The notes: a model not told the origin generated them from the sequence alone. A stretch of 64,000 nucleotides of DNA from Octopus vulgaris (GCA_951406725.2 OX597832.1:63736001-63800000); one strand, 5' to 3'. Positions 13,016-26,427 are shown, counted from the first letter of the stretch. Translations and numbers: made by a program.

Positions 13016-13124
13016 GGCCTGCTCGCTTAGCCAGCGAGGTGGCGTCGTTCGAAGGCTAAAACAATGCGAAAGCATTGTGACCAGCGATGTGTAGCAACAT
13101 CTGATGGTCTGGTCGGTCACGTGA
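13015..13124 (+). mobile_element. Structured 110-nt SINE 3' tail inserted in (TA)n
   Basis: Hairpins ctcgct/agcgag, acaatgc-GAAA-gcattgt and gaccag…ctggtc; homologous to 47223-47330. Confidence 0.7.
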
Positions 13125-13140
13125 TATATATATATATATA

Positions 13141-13675
13141 TATAAACAATTATAAATAAGAGCAAAATAAAAAAAATTCTATGCCAATATGCTGAGAAAT
13201 AGACTTTAAAGTGTCAGTCATCACATACAATATACATCACTATATATGCATGCTGTGTTGAAAATGAGGAAAGCAAGCTAACGAAAAAAAAAAAAAATTC
13301 ATTGACTTTAGTTTCTGCTTTTTTCCATGGGTGCTTGTAAGTATTTCATTTATTTCTTATCATATTCTCTGCTGATGATTAGAAAAATCCATTTGATTAA
13401 TCCCCAAATCGTTTGATTCAGAGATAATGTATTTTTTAAAAAAATTCCGTTAGCTTGCTTTCCCCGTTTTCAACATGGCATGTATTTATAGTGATGTATA
13501 TTGTATGTGGTGATAGATGCTTTAAAATCTATATCTCAGCATATTGGCATAGAAGATTTTTTCCTTTTACCCTTATTTATAATTGTTTATAATTTTCACC
13601 TGAAGAGATATTTTAATATGCTGGCCACTTGATGAAATGTTTTTGGAAAAAATTTTTATCCTATATTAAAAGTAC
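13141..13675 (+). mobile_element. Foldback insertion, probable Penelope-like 3' fragment
   Basis: Inverted arms ~13141-13290 and ~13440-13591; degenerate HHR-like motifs at 13367-13423 and ~13594-13650; flanked by (TA)n and (CA)n. Confidence 0.65.
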
Positions 13676-14267
13676 ACACGCACACATACATATGACAGGC
13701 TTCTTTCAGTTTCCGTCTACCAAATCCACTCACAAGGCTTTCGTTGGCCTGAGGCTATAGTAGAAGACACTTGCCCAAGGTGCCACATAGTGGGACTGAA
13801 CCCGGAATCATGTGGTTGGGAAGCAAGCTTCTTACTACACAGTCACACCTGCACCTGTATGTGTATATATATATAAAATCATCATCACCATTGTCATTTA
13901 AAGTCTGTTTTCCATGCTGGCATGGGTTGGATGGTTTGACAGGGGCTGGCTAGGCAGAAGACTACACCAATCTTCAGTGTTTGTTTCGGTAAGTTTTTTT
14001 ATGGCTGGATGCTCTTCCTGACACCAACCACCTTACAGAGAGGACTGAGTGATTTTTATGTGGCACCAACCCCAGTTGGCTGATTTAAATGGCTGGACAC
14101 AAACTAACAGAGAAAGCAATCGATGTAGTTAATGAAGGATGCATCAAAGAAGGGAAGGTCAATGGTATTTGGTATTCTGCAAATCTATGAGTAGTTTGAC
14201 GGAACTTTAAGCATGGTGCAATATAATAATAAAACAGACACTAAAATGATACAAAAATAATGTTGGA

Positions 14268-14665
14268 GGAGGTAAGTAGCTTGCCTACTAACCACATGGT
14301 TCTGGGTTCAGTCCCACTGCGTGGCACCTTGGGCAAGTGTCTTCTACTATAGCCTTGGACTGACCAAAGCCTTGTGCATGGATTTGGTAGACAGAAACTG
14401 AAAGAAGCCTGTCGTATATATGTATATATATATGTAGGTGTGTGTGTATATGTAGGTGTGTCTGTGTTTGTACCTCCAACATCCCTTGACAACCGATGGT
14501 GGTGTGTTTATGTCCCTGTAACTTAGCGGTTCGGCAAAAGAGATCGATAGAATAAGCACTAGGCTTACAAAGAGTAAGCTCTGGGGTCGATTTGCTCTAC
14601 TAAAGGTGGTGCTCCAGCATGGCCGCAGTCAAATGACTGAAACATGTAAAAAAGTAAAAGAGCAA
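14268..14665 (+). mobile_element. SINE family A
   Basis: Near full-length homology. Confidence 0.9.
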
Positions 14666-15239
14666 AGAGAGAATTTATTCACATCACTAGTTCGTTTTAT
14701 GTCTGTGTTTCCATGCTAGCATGGGTTAGATGACTATGCTATTGAGGTATTGTTTTACAGCCAGATGCTTTTCCTGTCACTAACCTTTAACCGTTTTTAC
14801 GTTAGGAATCTTTTATTTTATTTGGCTCCGAAAGCATGAGGTCAACAACAGTCACATACACACAGACAAACACACACACACACACAGAGCTATATATATA
14901 AAGTCCACAATCGATAAACAAACGAATGCACAAACAGACGATAGGCTTCTGTACAGTTTCCATCTACCAGATTTAACTCACAAGCACTACTCAACATGAG
15001 GCTATAGTAAAAGACATGTTTTGTAATATATTACGCAGTGACATCAAACCCAGAACCATGTGGTTGCCAACTTTTTTAACTAGATAACTGTTGCCAGATT
15101 CCATAACGAACCTAAAGGGGCGTAACTCTACCATTTATGTCCTGAGCCGACCTTCATTTTTGGAAAAAAAAAAAATTCAAACATTTATTATAAAAAAATG
15201 AATATATAAAATGTATGTATATTTTTATAACCAAGTTCG

Positions 15240-15780
15240 TTCTTGTACCATTTAACAGTCCCGCTTGGCCCTTTATTTCTTGATATCATTAACCCTACCA
15301 TCACCCCTTATAATTTCGGCACGAGTGTAGGTGTAACCCTACTCCGACTTTGTTTCCTCATAACTTACACAAAAATGAGTATTTTTGTTGAACAGTTATA
15401 CCAATACTTTTTACATAGTGTCGGTTATGATTATTTCAGAATCTGTGTGAAAAATGTTTTCAGAGGGGCAGAGGGAGGGGGAAGTTTCGGATAATTCACG
15501 CGAGCCGACTTTGTTTCCTCATAACTTTCAGATGGTATAGATTACGACATCAGAATTTAATGTGAAAAATAAAAACTGATGGCCACGCACACATACATAC
15601 TGACACATCAGTTTTTTTTCAGAATTTCAATTTTTGTAGATATTTGTGTGCGCGCAACCAGTTTTTTTTACCTTTCCACATTAAATTCCATAACCGTAAT
15701 CTACACCATGTGAATAGCATTTGGAGAAAATTTCATTAAAAAATTCCCTTTTTCCTCGAAGTTATGGAGTAGGTGTGCGA
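15240..15780. mobile_element. Non-autonomous DNA-element remnant with internal direct and inverted repeats
   Basis: ccgactttgtttcctcataactt repeated at ~15344 and ~15505; inverted arms ~15532-15592 and ~15645-15709. Confidence 0.5.
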
Positions 15781-16409
15781 TAAATTCTAATCCTTCTTCA
15801 TTCAATCCGGTTAATCTCTTTACACACATGAACGCACGCACACATACACACGAAATGCACGTTCATAAATGACAACAAAGGAATGAACAAACATGCACGC
15901 GCGCACACTTTGGTAAATGGAGACGCATTCATAAAGCCGAATAAACACAAACAGATATGCACAAACAAAAAATGCACAAAAGGCACACGCATGTGCAAAT
16001 GTATACACACACACACACACCGATACATGTAAACAAATATAAGTGCAATGTAAAAAAATACACATACACACACAATGACAAATGCACAAATAGAAATGTG
16101 CGCAAATACTCACACGTACACGCACAATACACACACACCTGTTTCTAATTAAAAAAAAAAAGAGAAAATTATTAATTAGAAAAAATTAATTTTGCGGTTT
16201 CTGAATCTGATGTTTAAAACATCCAAACATCTATTAAAAAAAAAATGAAAATAGACAGAGAAGAAGGTTTAAAAATTCACAAATAATGACCGTCGGGGTC
16301 TGAGCCCAGAAAGTCCTTAATAACGGATTTCAGTCCTGAAAGACGGATTTAACAATTCAATAAAGCCGAAAGAGACACACTTGTATACTGAGCGACTGAA
16401 ATAACTTAC

Positions 16410-16446
16410 CAGTGAATAAGTTATCCACTTGACGCTTCAATACCAT
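16410..16446 (-). CDS. Candidate first coding exon MVLKRQVDNLFT+G of the gene containing exon 1104-1274
   Basis: ATG at 16446, 12 codons + 1 nt, strong donor CTG|gtaagt at 16409; phase 1 fits the acceptor at 1274; lies in CpG-retaining unique DNA near the edge of the CpG-depleted domain. Confidence 0.45.
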
Positions 16447-17289
16447 AATATTCAGCAAACACGAACACACTCCAATATATATTTGTATTTATACGGCTTC
16501 TGTCGTTGACGACAAGAGAAAATTTTGTCACTGAACACAACTGAACAGAAATTAATGACGGTTTGTTTTACGTCAGGTTTTTCTTTTTTTTTTTGTTAGA
16601 TGGATAGAGTTACCTTCGTCACTCTATATCTCTTACTGCTGCAAACCACCACCATCACCATTGTGATTATCATAACCACTGCTCTTATTACTTTGCCTAC
16701 CGTTATTCTCTGCTTTCTCGTTATCTTTTGTTTCTTTTCTCCTAACGATGTATCCTTTTCTACCACACTTTCTCTTTCACTCTATCAATCTCACACATGA
16801 CATACATAAAATTATCTATAACATACCTAACACATACACACGTGTATATATTCACAGATACGTTTATATTCTACACACACAATATGTTTAAATGATTATA
16901 TAGTACGAAAACATAAAACCATACGTGTGTGTGTGTGTACCCTATTGTTTTTGCGTCTGTGATTGTTTCCTCATTACTTGACCAGTGTTGGTTTGTTTAC
17001 GTCCACGTAAATTAGTGATTCCGCAAAAGAAACGGATAAAATAACTATCAGATTTTAAAAACAACAACAACAACAACAACAATAAAAACAAACAAGCACT
17101 GAGGTCTATTCGTTTGGCTAAAAACCCTTCAAAGAGGTGCTCCATCATGGCCACAGTCCAAAGGATATAGAATATTTCATATATATACATAAATCTGTAT
17201 ATATCTGTCTACTTATCTATCTATCCACCTCCTTCTCTCTCTTTCTCCCCTTCCCACATTAATAATGATGATGATAATAATAATAATAA

Positions 17290-17500
17290 TCCTTTCTACT
17301 ATAGGAACAAGGAACAAGGTTTGAAACTTTGGTGGGAGGAGGCAGTCGATTAGATCGACCCCAGTACGCAACTGGTACTAATTTTATCGATTTCCGAAAA
17401 GATGAAAGAAACGTCGACTTCGACGGAATTTGAACTCAGAACGTAAAGACGGGCGAAATATTTCGCGAAGTATTTCGCCCGGCGTGCTAACGATTCTGTC
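17290..17500 (-). mobile_element. SINE family B
   Basis: Homology to 29681-29915. Confidence 0.8.
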
Positions 17501-17640
17501 ACACACAGACGGGACGAATATGTACTTTAAGAGATAACTCATAGAGGTCAGAGAAAAGAGCATATTAAATACTGCACATTATAAATTCTGAAATTATTTC
17601 CGTTTGCAGCTAGGGTAGAACAATCAATTGGTGAAAATTG

Positions 17641-17816
17641 GCACACACACACACACACATACATATATATGACGGGCTTCTTTCAGTTTCCGTCTACCAG
17701 ATCCACTCACAAGAGTAAAGAGTAAATATCTGTTCTGCTCTGTTTTGTGTATCCCCTGAAGACGCCTAATGAGTCAGAAACAAATGTTATCATCTAAAAT
17801 GTTATCAAGTAAAAGA

Positions 17817-17856
<40 letters not shown>

Positions 17857-18472
17857 CCCTTGGTACAGTAATACATATTTGATAGAATGAATAGAAATTA
17901 CTTTTCTGATAATTTTTCCACTTTAATAATTAGATCCTTATTAAGTTATTAGGTGTTTATAAACATACAATTATTGAAGTGGGAAAATTATCAGAAAAGC
18001 CATTTCTAGTCATTTGAAAAGGGAAGATAATCGCAAGAATCAAAAACTCTCCAAAACGGACATGACATTAAAGAAAACTGAAGATAGATGATAACATTTG
18101 TTTCTGACTCATTAGGCGTCTTCAGCACAGCAGTTGTCCTCCTTTATCTTTCATAGACGAGATTCTCGGAGATACACAAAACAGAGCAGAACAGATATTT
18201 ACTCTTTACTCTTGTGAGTGGATCTGGTAGACGGAAACTGAAAGAAGCCCGTCATATATATGTATGTGTGTGTGTGTGTGCCTGTGTTTGTCCCCTCACC
18301 ATCGCTTGACAACCGACGATGGTGTGTTTACGTCCCCGTAACTTAGCGGTTTGGCAAAGAGGCCAATAGAATAAGTACTAGGCTTACAAAGAATAAGTCC
18401 TGGGGTCGATTTGTTCGACTAAAGGCGGTGCTCCAGCATGGCCGCAGTCAAATGACTGAAGCAAGTAAAAGA

Positions 18473-18538
<66 letters not shown>

Positions 18539-18700
18539 CCCTTGGTACAGTAATACATATTTGATAGAATGAATAGAAATTACTTTTCTGATAATTTTTC
18601 CACTTTAATAATTAGATCCTTATTAAGTTATTAGGTGTTTATAAACATACAGTTATTGAAGTGGGAAAAATTATCAGAAAAGCCATTTCTAGTCATTTTT
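17641..18700. repeat. Complex local duplication (two inverted pieces plus one direct piece) around a SINE A 3' half and a foldback
   Basis: 17641-17753 is the reverse complement of 18171-18281; 17756-17796 is the reverse complement of 18085-18125; ~17806-18015 is a direct copy of ~18462-18698. Confidence 0.9.
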
Positions 18701-18897
18701 TGAAGCACAGACACACACATACACACACACACGCACACATATGTATATATATGTATATATATGTGTATGTGTGTATACAGTATTTTTTCCGCGCTAAATA
18801 TGTATTTACGGTTTTTGGCGCGTTACATAATTTTTGACTTCATCGTACAGGAATGCTAATGTATGTACATATTTATGTGTGTATGTATGTGTGAATG

Positions 18898-18951
<54 letters not shown>

Positions 18952-19059
18952 AATAATCTAATCTAATCTAATATTATATTATATTATATATATTATATAT
19001 ATCATATGTATTATATAATATATATTATATAATATATATTATATATAATCTAATCTAAT

Positions 19060-19115
<56 letters not shown>

Positions 19116-19522
19116 TATATATATATATACATATAAATAAATAAATATATATATATACATATAAATAAATAAATATATATACATATAAATAAATAAATAT
19201 ATATATATATAGACACACACGCACACACACGTTCATATACATATACGATGGAATGCAACCATGCCAATATGTTATGTAATATTTGACACATACACACACA
19301 AATCTGCATGTTTCTATGTATAGAAGAAAAGAGAGAGAGAGAAAGAGTGAGAGGAAGAGAGAGAGAGAGGGAGAGGGAGAGAGATGATGAGAGGTGGAGG
19401 GGATGAGAAGGGAAAATCTAAAAAGATAGCAAGCTGTGTCTATAAATAGAACTATGTCTGTAGGTGTGGTCTATTTATAGGGACACTTATGGCAGAGCTG
19501 GCTTAGATACCAGTTGATGGCT

Positions 19523-19562
<40 letters not shown>

Positions 19563-20394
19563 TTCTCTCTCTCTCACATACAAATACACACATACACCCC
19601 TCTTCTCTCTCTCTCTCTCACACACACACTGCTTATTTACACACATTTATATTTTTATTCTGTCACTACTACAACAACCACATCACTACATTCCCCACTA
19701 CTACTACTACCCACTACTACTACTACTACTACCACCACCACCACTACCATCAGCCTATTATCACTGCTACCACAACTCCATCACCATTAGCAATACTCTT
19801 TCGCCCTTACCGCAAATTTACTACCACCACCCTCGTCACTACTCCCTCCCCGCAACTGCCCACCCCATCTTCCCTTGTTTCCTCTGACCACAAATTACAT
19901 TGCAATTCTTTTACACTTAGACCATCGCCATCTAAGTCGAGCCAGACATCTCACGGACGAAGTCTCTAAAATCACTCGTAGAAAAAGAAGAGGAGGAGGA
20001 GGAAGAGGAAGAAAAGAGAAAATGAATTCTTTAGACAAAAAAAGAAAAAAAAAACTCCAAAAAACAAACTAGTAAATTTTTAAAAGTCTCGTATCTACAG
20101 GCGAATTAAGTCGAGATTATCTCCATTTTCCGAATCGTTCAAGTGACCAAGTGCACAAAACTAAGCCCGTGGAAGGTTAGGTACGCTTGTTTATGACAGG
20201 GTTAGAACCTTTCACTTCACTGGTAATCGCTGGTCCACATTTCAAGTAGAGTGGATTGAAGCAATGAAGTACCTTGTTCAAGATTTTAACATTGAGCTGC
20301 TTCCGAGAATCGAACACTTGTTCTAATCGTTCAGGGCTCAAAACCCCAAACCACTTAACCACGTGACTTGGTGTGTAAATTACGCTACTATAAT

Positions 20395-20600
20395 TTAGCT
20401 TCAAATTTTGGCTCAAGTCCAGCAATTTCGGGTGAGGGGCTAAGTCGACCCCAGTATGCAACTGGTACTTAATTTATCGACCCCGAAAGGATGAAAGGCA
20501 AAGTTGACCTCGGTGGAATTCGAACTGAGAACGTAAAGACGAACGAAATACGGCTAAGCATTTTGCCCGGCGTGCTAACGATTCTGTCAGCTCACCGCCT
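20395..20600 (-). mobile_element. SINE family B
   Basis: tRNA-like head ggcggtgagctgacagaatcgttagcacgccggg and central domain gcctttcatcctttcggggtcgataaattaagtacc. Confidence 0.85.
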
Positions 20601-21088
20601 TCTAACTCTTTAAAAATTCATTTATACAACGAACCGACAGAATCATAAAAGCTTCGGAAATATTTTTTCTTGGGCATTTGCAATTCATTCAACCTTGACA
20701 CTTAAAAAATAAAAAAAATTAAAGGTTCTCCTTCTTAGCTCTAATTGGCTGCTCGACTGGTTCAGATTGCATCCCGCATTCTTAAAAACAAGTGGACACA
20801 TACAAAAAACCAGGATGGTCACGGCTTAGGATTAGGATTCACACTAAGTTAAATGACATCAATACTGCATCCCTCAAAAATTCTATGCTTCCCTTAAATT
20901 CGCCAGCACTAATCCCGATCTAGCTATGGACCCCTTTCTCTTTTTGGCTCTTTTGATGTTTCATTTTATGTTTTGTCCAGTGTACTATGTGTGTACTTTT
21001 GGCTACCATTGCTGTCTTTCCTTACTTGAATTTCTGTCCTCTCTTTTACTTTTCCCCCGACAAGTTATGCACTTGACCACTGCATATA

Positions 21089-22356
21089 TCAGGTTGAAGA
21101 AGTTGTACCGGAGTTTTGCAGAGTTTTGAATGTTTTAAAAATATTTTTTTGTAATTGTCTGATTATACAAACACAGACTTACCCAAATGCATCAATAAAT
21201 TAACATTGATTTTTTTTCGCCGTTGTTACAATCATATTTGTACCGTCCCTCTATGTTTGGTCCCATGTGGGCAATAAAGAAATCGTTGTTACAATCATCT
21301 GAAATGGAACTGTCAAAGCGCGAAATTCGAGCAATTTTGCTATTCAACTTAAAAAAAAAAACCAACGTAAAGCAGCTGAAACTGCTCGCGATATCAACGA
21401 AATGTTTGGTGAGGAAATGACCAGTGAATGGTCAGCTCAAAAATGGTTTAAACGATTTCGCAGTGGAGACCTGGGCCTTGAAGATGACGGTCAATGAGAA
21501 AGATCCACGTAAAACCATTCGAGAACTGGTAAAAGAACTTCATGTTAGCCAAAAAAAACTGCCTGCAACCATTTGCATGCAATCGGAAAATCAAAAAGGC
21601 TCGACAAATGGGTACCGCACGATTTGAATGAAAATCAAAAATGCGCAGATATGAAATTTTTTCGTCGCTTCTTCTCCGTAACCAGACCGACTCATTGCCT
21701 TACCGTATTGTAACTTGCGATGAAAAGTGGATTCTGTACAATAATAAAAAAAAAACGTTCTTCGCAGTGGTTGGACCAAAATGAAGCACTGAAAACCTTC
21801 CCTAAACTCGAGCTCTTCAAAAAGAAGGTTATGATGGCTGTTTGGTGGTGTACTACTGGACTCATCCACTATAACTTCTTAAAACCCGGAAAAACCTTTA
21901 CTTCAGAAACATATTGCCAAAATGAACGAAAAACTGCTAATCCTCCGTCCCAGATTGGTCAACAGAAGAGGGTCAATGATTCTTCATGACAATGCTCGAC
22001 CACACGTTTCACTAATGACGCTCCAGAAGTTGAGGGAATTTGGCTACGAAGTTCTTCCCCACCCAGCTTGTTCCCCAGACCTTTCTCCTACTGACTACCA
22101 CTTTTGCAAGCACCTTGATGGTTTCTTGTGAAAGAAGGAGTTCAGAAATCAAACCGATGCTGAAAGTGCGTTCAAAGAGTTCATCAGCTCCAGAACTCCA
22201 GATTTTTATGTTACCAGATTAAACAAACTTGTAATTCATTGGCAAAAATGTGTTGGTTGCAATGGTGCTTACTTTGATGAATAAAATGTCCACATTGTTG
22301 AGATATATTGTGACGAATTTCATGCTTCAAAACGTTACTTGCTTTTTACTCAGTCT
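21089..22356 (+). mobile_element. Mariner DNA transposon, near full length, decayed
   Basis: About 1.27 kb long, TA before tcaggttg, contains a transposase pseudogene; TIRs poorly conserved. Confidence 0.8.
21304..22284 (+). pseudogene. Mariner transposase pseudogene (D,D34D type)
   Basis: Across frameshifts: MELSKREIRAILLF, WVPHDL, IVTCDEKWILYNN, KKVMMAVWW, ILHDNARPH, HPACSPDLSPTDYHF, NGAYFDE*. Confidence 0.92.
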
Positions 22357-22489
22357 TCGTTTTCTCTCCATGCTGATATATGGAAAATTAGGGTGGTTTT
22401 AGAGTCAGATCATAGCTGCTATTTTCAGCATGGTGGTATCTCGTAGATACCCTAATTTATAATTTTTATATATATATATATATATATAT

Positions 22490-22890
22490 ACACGACGAGC
22501 TTCTATCAGTTTCCGTCTACCAATTCCACTCACAAGGCTTTGGTCCCCGAGGCTATAGTAGAAGACACTTGCCCAAGGTGCCACGCAGTGGGACTGAACC
22601 CGGAACCATTCTTTGTAAGCCTAGTACATATGTTATCGGTCTCTTTTGTCGAACCGCTAATTATGGGAACCTAAACACATGAACATCGGCTGTCAAGCAA
22701 TGCTGAGGGGATAGGGCAAACACAGACAAACAAATATATACATATATATAGATATACACGACGAGTTTCTTTCAGTTTCTGTCGACCAAATCCACTCACA
22801 AGGCTTTGGTCGACCCCAAGCCACGCAGTGGTACTGAACCCGGAACCATGTGGTTGGGAAGCATGCTTCTTACCACACAACCACGCATAT
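22490..22890 (-). mobile_element. Two joined partial SINE A copies
   Basis: Junction ggaaccatt|ctttgtaagcc at ~22610 with a repeated head region. Confidence 0.8.
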
Positions 22891-23419
22891 AATTTATACA
22901 TATCTATCCTATATTTGTTTCAGGCAATTGAATGCGACCATACTGAGGCAACCTTCACTCTCTACTCCTCATTAAACCATCGTCATCTTCTTTTTGTCTC
23001 CCCACCTACCCCTCTTCTACGCTTCACTTCAATCGTTTCGCCATTTCTCTATTTCGATACACCCCACCCTACACACATACATACACACAACTATAACGAT
23101 ATACATACAAGAAAAGAAAGAGTGGAGACGATCTAAAACATGGTGAAAAGAAAGTAAACAAGAAACACAGAGAAAAAACACACAAAAAACCTAACATACA
23201 TATAAAAATACAGAAGAAAATAATAGACGGATATCGAAATGGTTGAATCAGAAAGTTGTTTGCAATACGAATGTCTATTAAAAGTTCTTTTATTAACTAT
23301 TTTCTGCCCATCTAAAAGTGTTCAGTTGAAGGCATTACGAAGCATTTGAAGAATTTTTTAAAGTAACAATCGTATATTTTTAATGCATTAGACATATTGA
23401 TTGTTTTTCATTTGCATGT

Positions 23420-23795
23420 ACGAGTGTGTATATAGGTATGTATGTATGCGTGTGTGTGTGTGTGTGTATGTATGTAGGTATGCATGGATGTGTGTATGTA
23501 TGTGTGTATGCGTATGTATGTGTGTGTATGTATGTATGTGTGTGCGTGTGTGAGTGTGTGTGTATGTATGTATGTATGTATGTATGTATGTGTGTATGTA
23601 TGTGTGCATGAAAGTATGTATGTGTGTGTGTATGTATGTGTGGGGCGTGCGTGTGTGTGCTTGTGTGAATGCATGTGTGTGTGTGTGTGTGTGTGTGTGT
23701 AGTGTGCGTCTATGTATGTATGTGTGCATTGTGTGTGTGTAGTGTGGATGTATGTAATGTATGTATGTGTGTGTGTGTGTGTGCGCGCGCGCGCA
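23420..23795. repeat. Degenerate (TG)n/(TATG)n microsatellite
   Basis: Direct reading. Confidence 0.95.
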
Positions 23796-23867
23796 TGAAT
23801 ACATATCCTGCATGGCCACAGCCTCAAGCTGAAAACCAAGAATAGAAAAATAATCTAGAAATATATA

Positions 23868-24262
23868 TGGCTGTGTGGTAAGAAGCTTGCTTCCCAACCA
23901 CACTGCCGGGTTCCGGGTTCAGTTCCACTGCGTGGCACCTTGGGCAAATGTTTTCTACTGTAGCCTCGGGCCGACCAAAGGTTCATGAGTGGATTTGGTA
24001 GACGGGAACTGAAAGAAGCCTGTCGTATATACATACATGTATATATATATATTTTTGTGAGTCTGTGTTTGTCCCCTAACCATCTCTTGACAACCGATGT
24101 TGGTGTGTTTACGTTCCCGTAACTTACCGGTTCTGTAAGAGAACCGATAGAATAAGTACTAGGCTTACAAGAAATAAGTCCTGGAGTCGATTTACTCAAC
24201 TGAAAGGCGGGGCTCCAGTATGGCCGCAGTCAAATGACTGAAACAATAAAAGAATAAAAGAA
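23868..24262 (+). mobile_element. SINE family A
   Basis: Full-length homology with (aataaaag)n tail. Confidence 0.9.
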
Positions 24263-24439
24263 ATATATATACATATAGGCGCAGGAATGGCTACGTGCTA
24301 AGAAGCTTGCTTCCCAGCTACATGGTTTCGGGTTCAGTCCCACAGCGTGGCACCTTGGGCAAGTGTCTTATAATATAGCTTCGGGCCGACCAATGTCTTG
24401 TGATTGGATTTGGTAGATGGAAACTGAAAGAAGTTCGTC

Positions 24440-24473
<34 letters not shown>

Positions 24474-24504
24474 TATATATATATACACATACTCACATAC
24501 ATAC

Positions 24505-24545
<41 letters not shown>

Positions 24546-24628
24546 GGTCCCGGGTTGATTCGGGGTTAACCACAGTAAGTAAGGTACTCAATACATAGCA
24601 GAGTAAAATTAATTTATTATATAGAAGG

Positions 24629-24679
24629 AGCTTCTACAGGACTAGTACTGTTTCATTCAAGAGAAATCTTCAGGAAGCT
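24629..24679 (-). ncRNA. Type I hammerhead ribozyme (inverted pLTR copy)
   Basis: Exact reverse complement of 29357-29407. Confidence 0.85.
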
Positions 24680-24919
24680 ATTTAACAAGAATTGTATTAG
24701 CATTTATACATTTAGGCAGGTTTAAAGGAGTGGTGGTGGGGGACTTTTTGGGGGTAGGCATAGCGCAAAATATCATACTTGGGGGAGTGGTCAAGGAGTC
24801 AGTGGTAAGTTAGATGAAAGAATAGATAAATAAAAAAATAAAAAATAAAAAATAAAAAATAAAAAAATAAGAAAAAAAAAAAAAAAATAAAAAAAATAAA
24901 AAAGATCAACAAAAAATCT

Positions 24920-26139
24920 GTGACCCCCTTCGACGTCAGCATGGGTGCTAACGACTCTGCTGAAATAAGTGACCTAGTGGGCCTTTTCATCCTCCATAGG
25001 CTGAAAACCCTATTCACAGGCCTCTCCGGTGGTCTTTACCGAGATGACGGCCTTTTCGCCCTCCACAATATAAACCCCAGGACCACGGATGGGTTCCGGA
25101 AAAATCTTCACACCTTCTTTAAAAACTTAGGCCTTAGGATTACCCTAGAATCCAACTTAACTAAGGCTAACTTCCTAGATGTCACCCTCGACTTAAAAAC
25201 CTCACTTTATTACCCGTACCACAAACCAAATGAATCCCTTAGATATATAGATATCAATTCCAACCACCCCAGAAATATATTAGATAACCTAGTAAAAAGT
25301 GTCTCAATTAGAATCTCTAGCCTGTCCGCCACGGAAGATATCTTTAAGGCCGCAGCCCCCTATTACAACGAGGCCCTGGCCCGCAGTGGTTTTAAAGATA
25401 AGATTACCTACACTAGTATAGCCCCACGCCAACCCAAGAAAAATAGACGAAGACACATTAGCTGGTACAACCCCCCTTCAACCGTGAGGTCGCTACACCT
25501 GTAGCTAAGATCTTTTTCACTCTCCTACAGAAACACTTCCCCACCCAACATAAGTACTACACTATCCTAAATAAGAACACTATTAGACTCTCCTACTCTA
25601 CCACGCCCAACCTAGCCAGGAACCTAGCCAACAACAATGTGAAAAAACTTAACATATCTACTTTCTCCGGGGCCCATCCAACGTCCGATAGCAATTGCAA
25701 CTGCCATGATAAAACCACCTGCCCCCTCAACAACAACTGCCTACAGAGGGACCTAGTATATAAATGCGAGGTAAGATCAGGCCTTGACGATAAAAGTAAA
25801 TCCTACATTGGAATGACGTCAAACAGCTTTAAGACCCGCTGGTATGCACATACACACTCGTTCCGGCGACAGGATAAATCCAACCAAACTACCCTCGCCG
25901 CCCACATCTGGTACCTTAAAAGGAACTCAATCCCCTTCAAGACCAAGTGGAAACTACTACAGAAGGCGCGCTCGTACACAGGAGGACATACCTGCTGTGA
26001 CCTATGCATATCAGAGAGCCTAGAGATCTTGTTCGCCAAAGGCCCTCTCCTTAACAAATTTTCAGAACACTCCCCAAATTGCATGCATAAGAAGTATGCG
26101 AACTACAAGAACTATAGACCTACCCGGCAACCTGATTGA
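24920..26139 (+). pseudogene. PLE reverse transcriptase (C-terminal half) + GIY-YIG endonuclease; single frameshift at ~25471-25476
   Basis: FDVSMGANDSAEISDLVG, GLYRDDG, NFLDVTLDL, YIDINSNHP, WYNPP/FN…KHFP, CNC…CPL…C, VYKC…YIGMT…FKTRW…H, CDLCISE, LLN…E…CMH. Confidence 0.93.
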
Positions 26140-26239
26140 TGACAACCCCCCCCCTACAACCCCCCCCCCCCACCCCCCCCCAACCCCACTGTTCCCCTAG
26201 CACCCCCGATTACCTTTTCTCCTAAGACCTTTCACATAT

Positions 26240-26380
26240 TATATGTGCACGCTTGTATATGTGTATCGTATGTATGTATGTATATATGTATAGAAATGCA
26301 TGGGTACAGTAGGAATATACGCATGTATTATGTGTGTGTGTGTGTATGTATGCATGTAAAAATATATACGTATATATATT

Positions 26381-26427
<47 letters not shown>

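Larger units (their letters stand above)
12788..13860 (-). mobile_element. SINE family A split by two insertions in its internal microsatellite
   Basis: 3' half at 12788-12975 and 5' half at 13690-13860, with inserts at 13015-13124 and 13141-13675. Confidence 0.85.

Noticed and set aside
17756-17796. HHR-like CTGAAGA…GAAACAAATGTT (also reverse complement at 18085-18125)
   Set aside because: Stem II is not properly closed and there is no stem I complementarity; at best a degenerate remnant.
25690-26090. Selenocysteine-encoding PLE (known in some Naiad elements)
   Set aside because: Conserved Cys positions use TGC/TGT; no in-frame TGA before the terminal stop.
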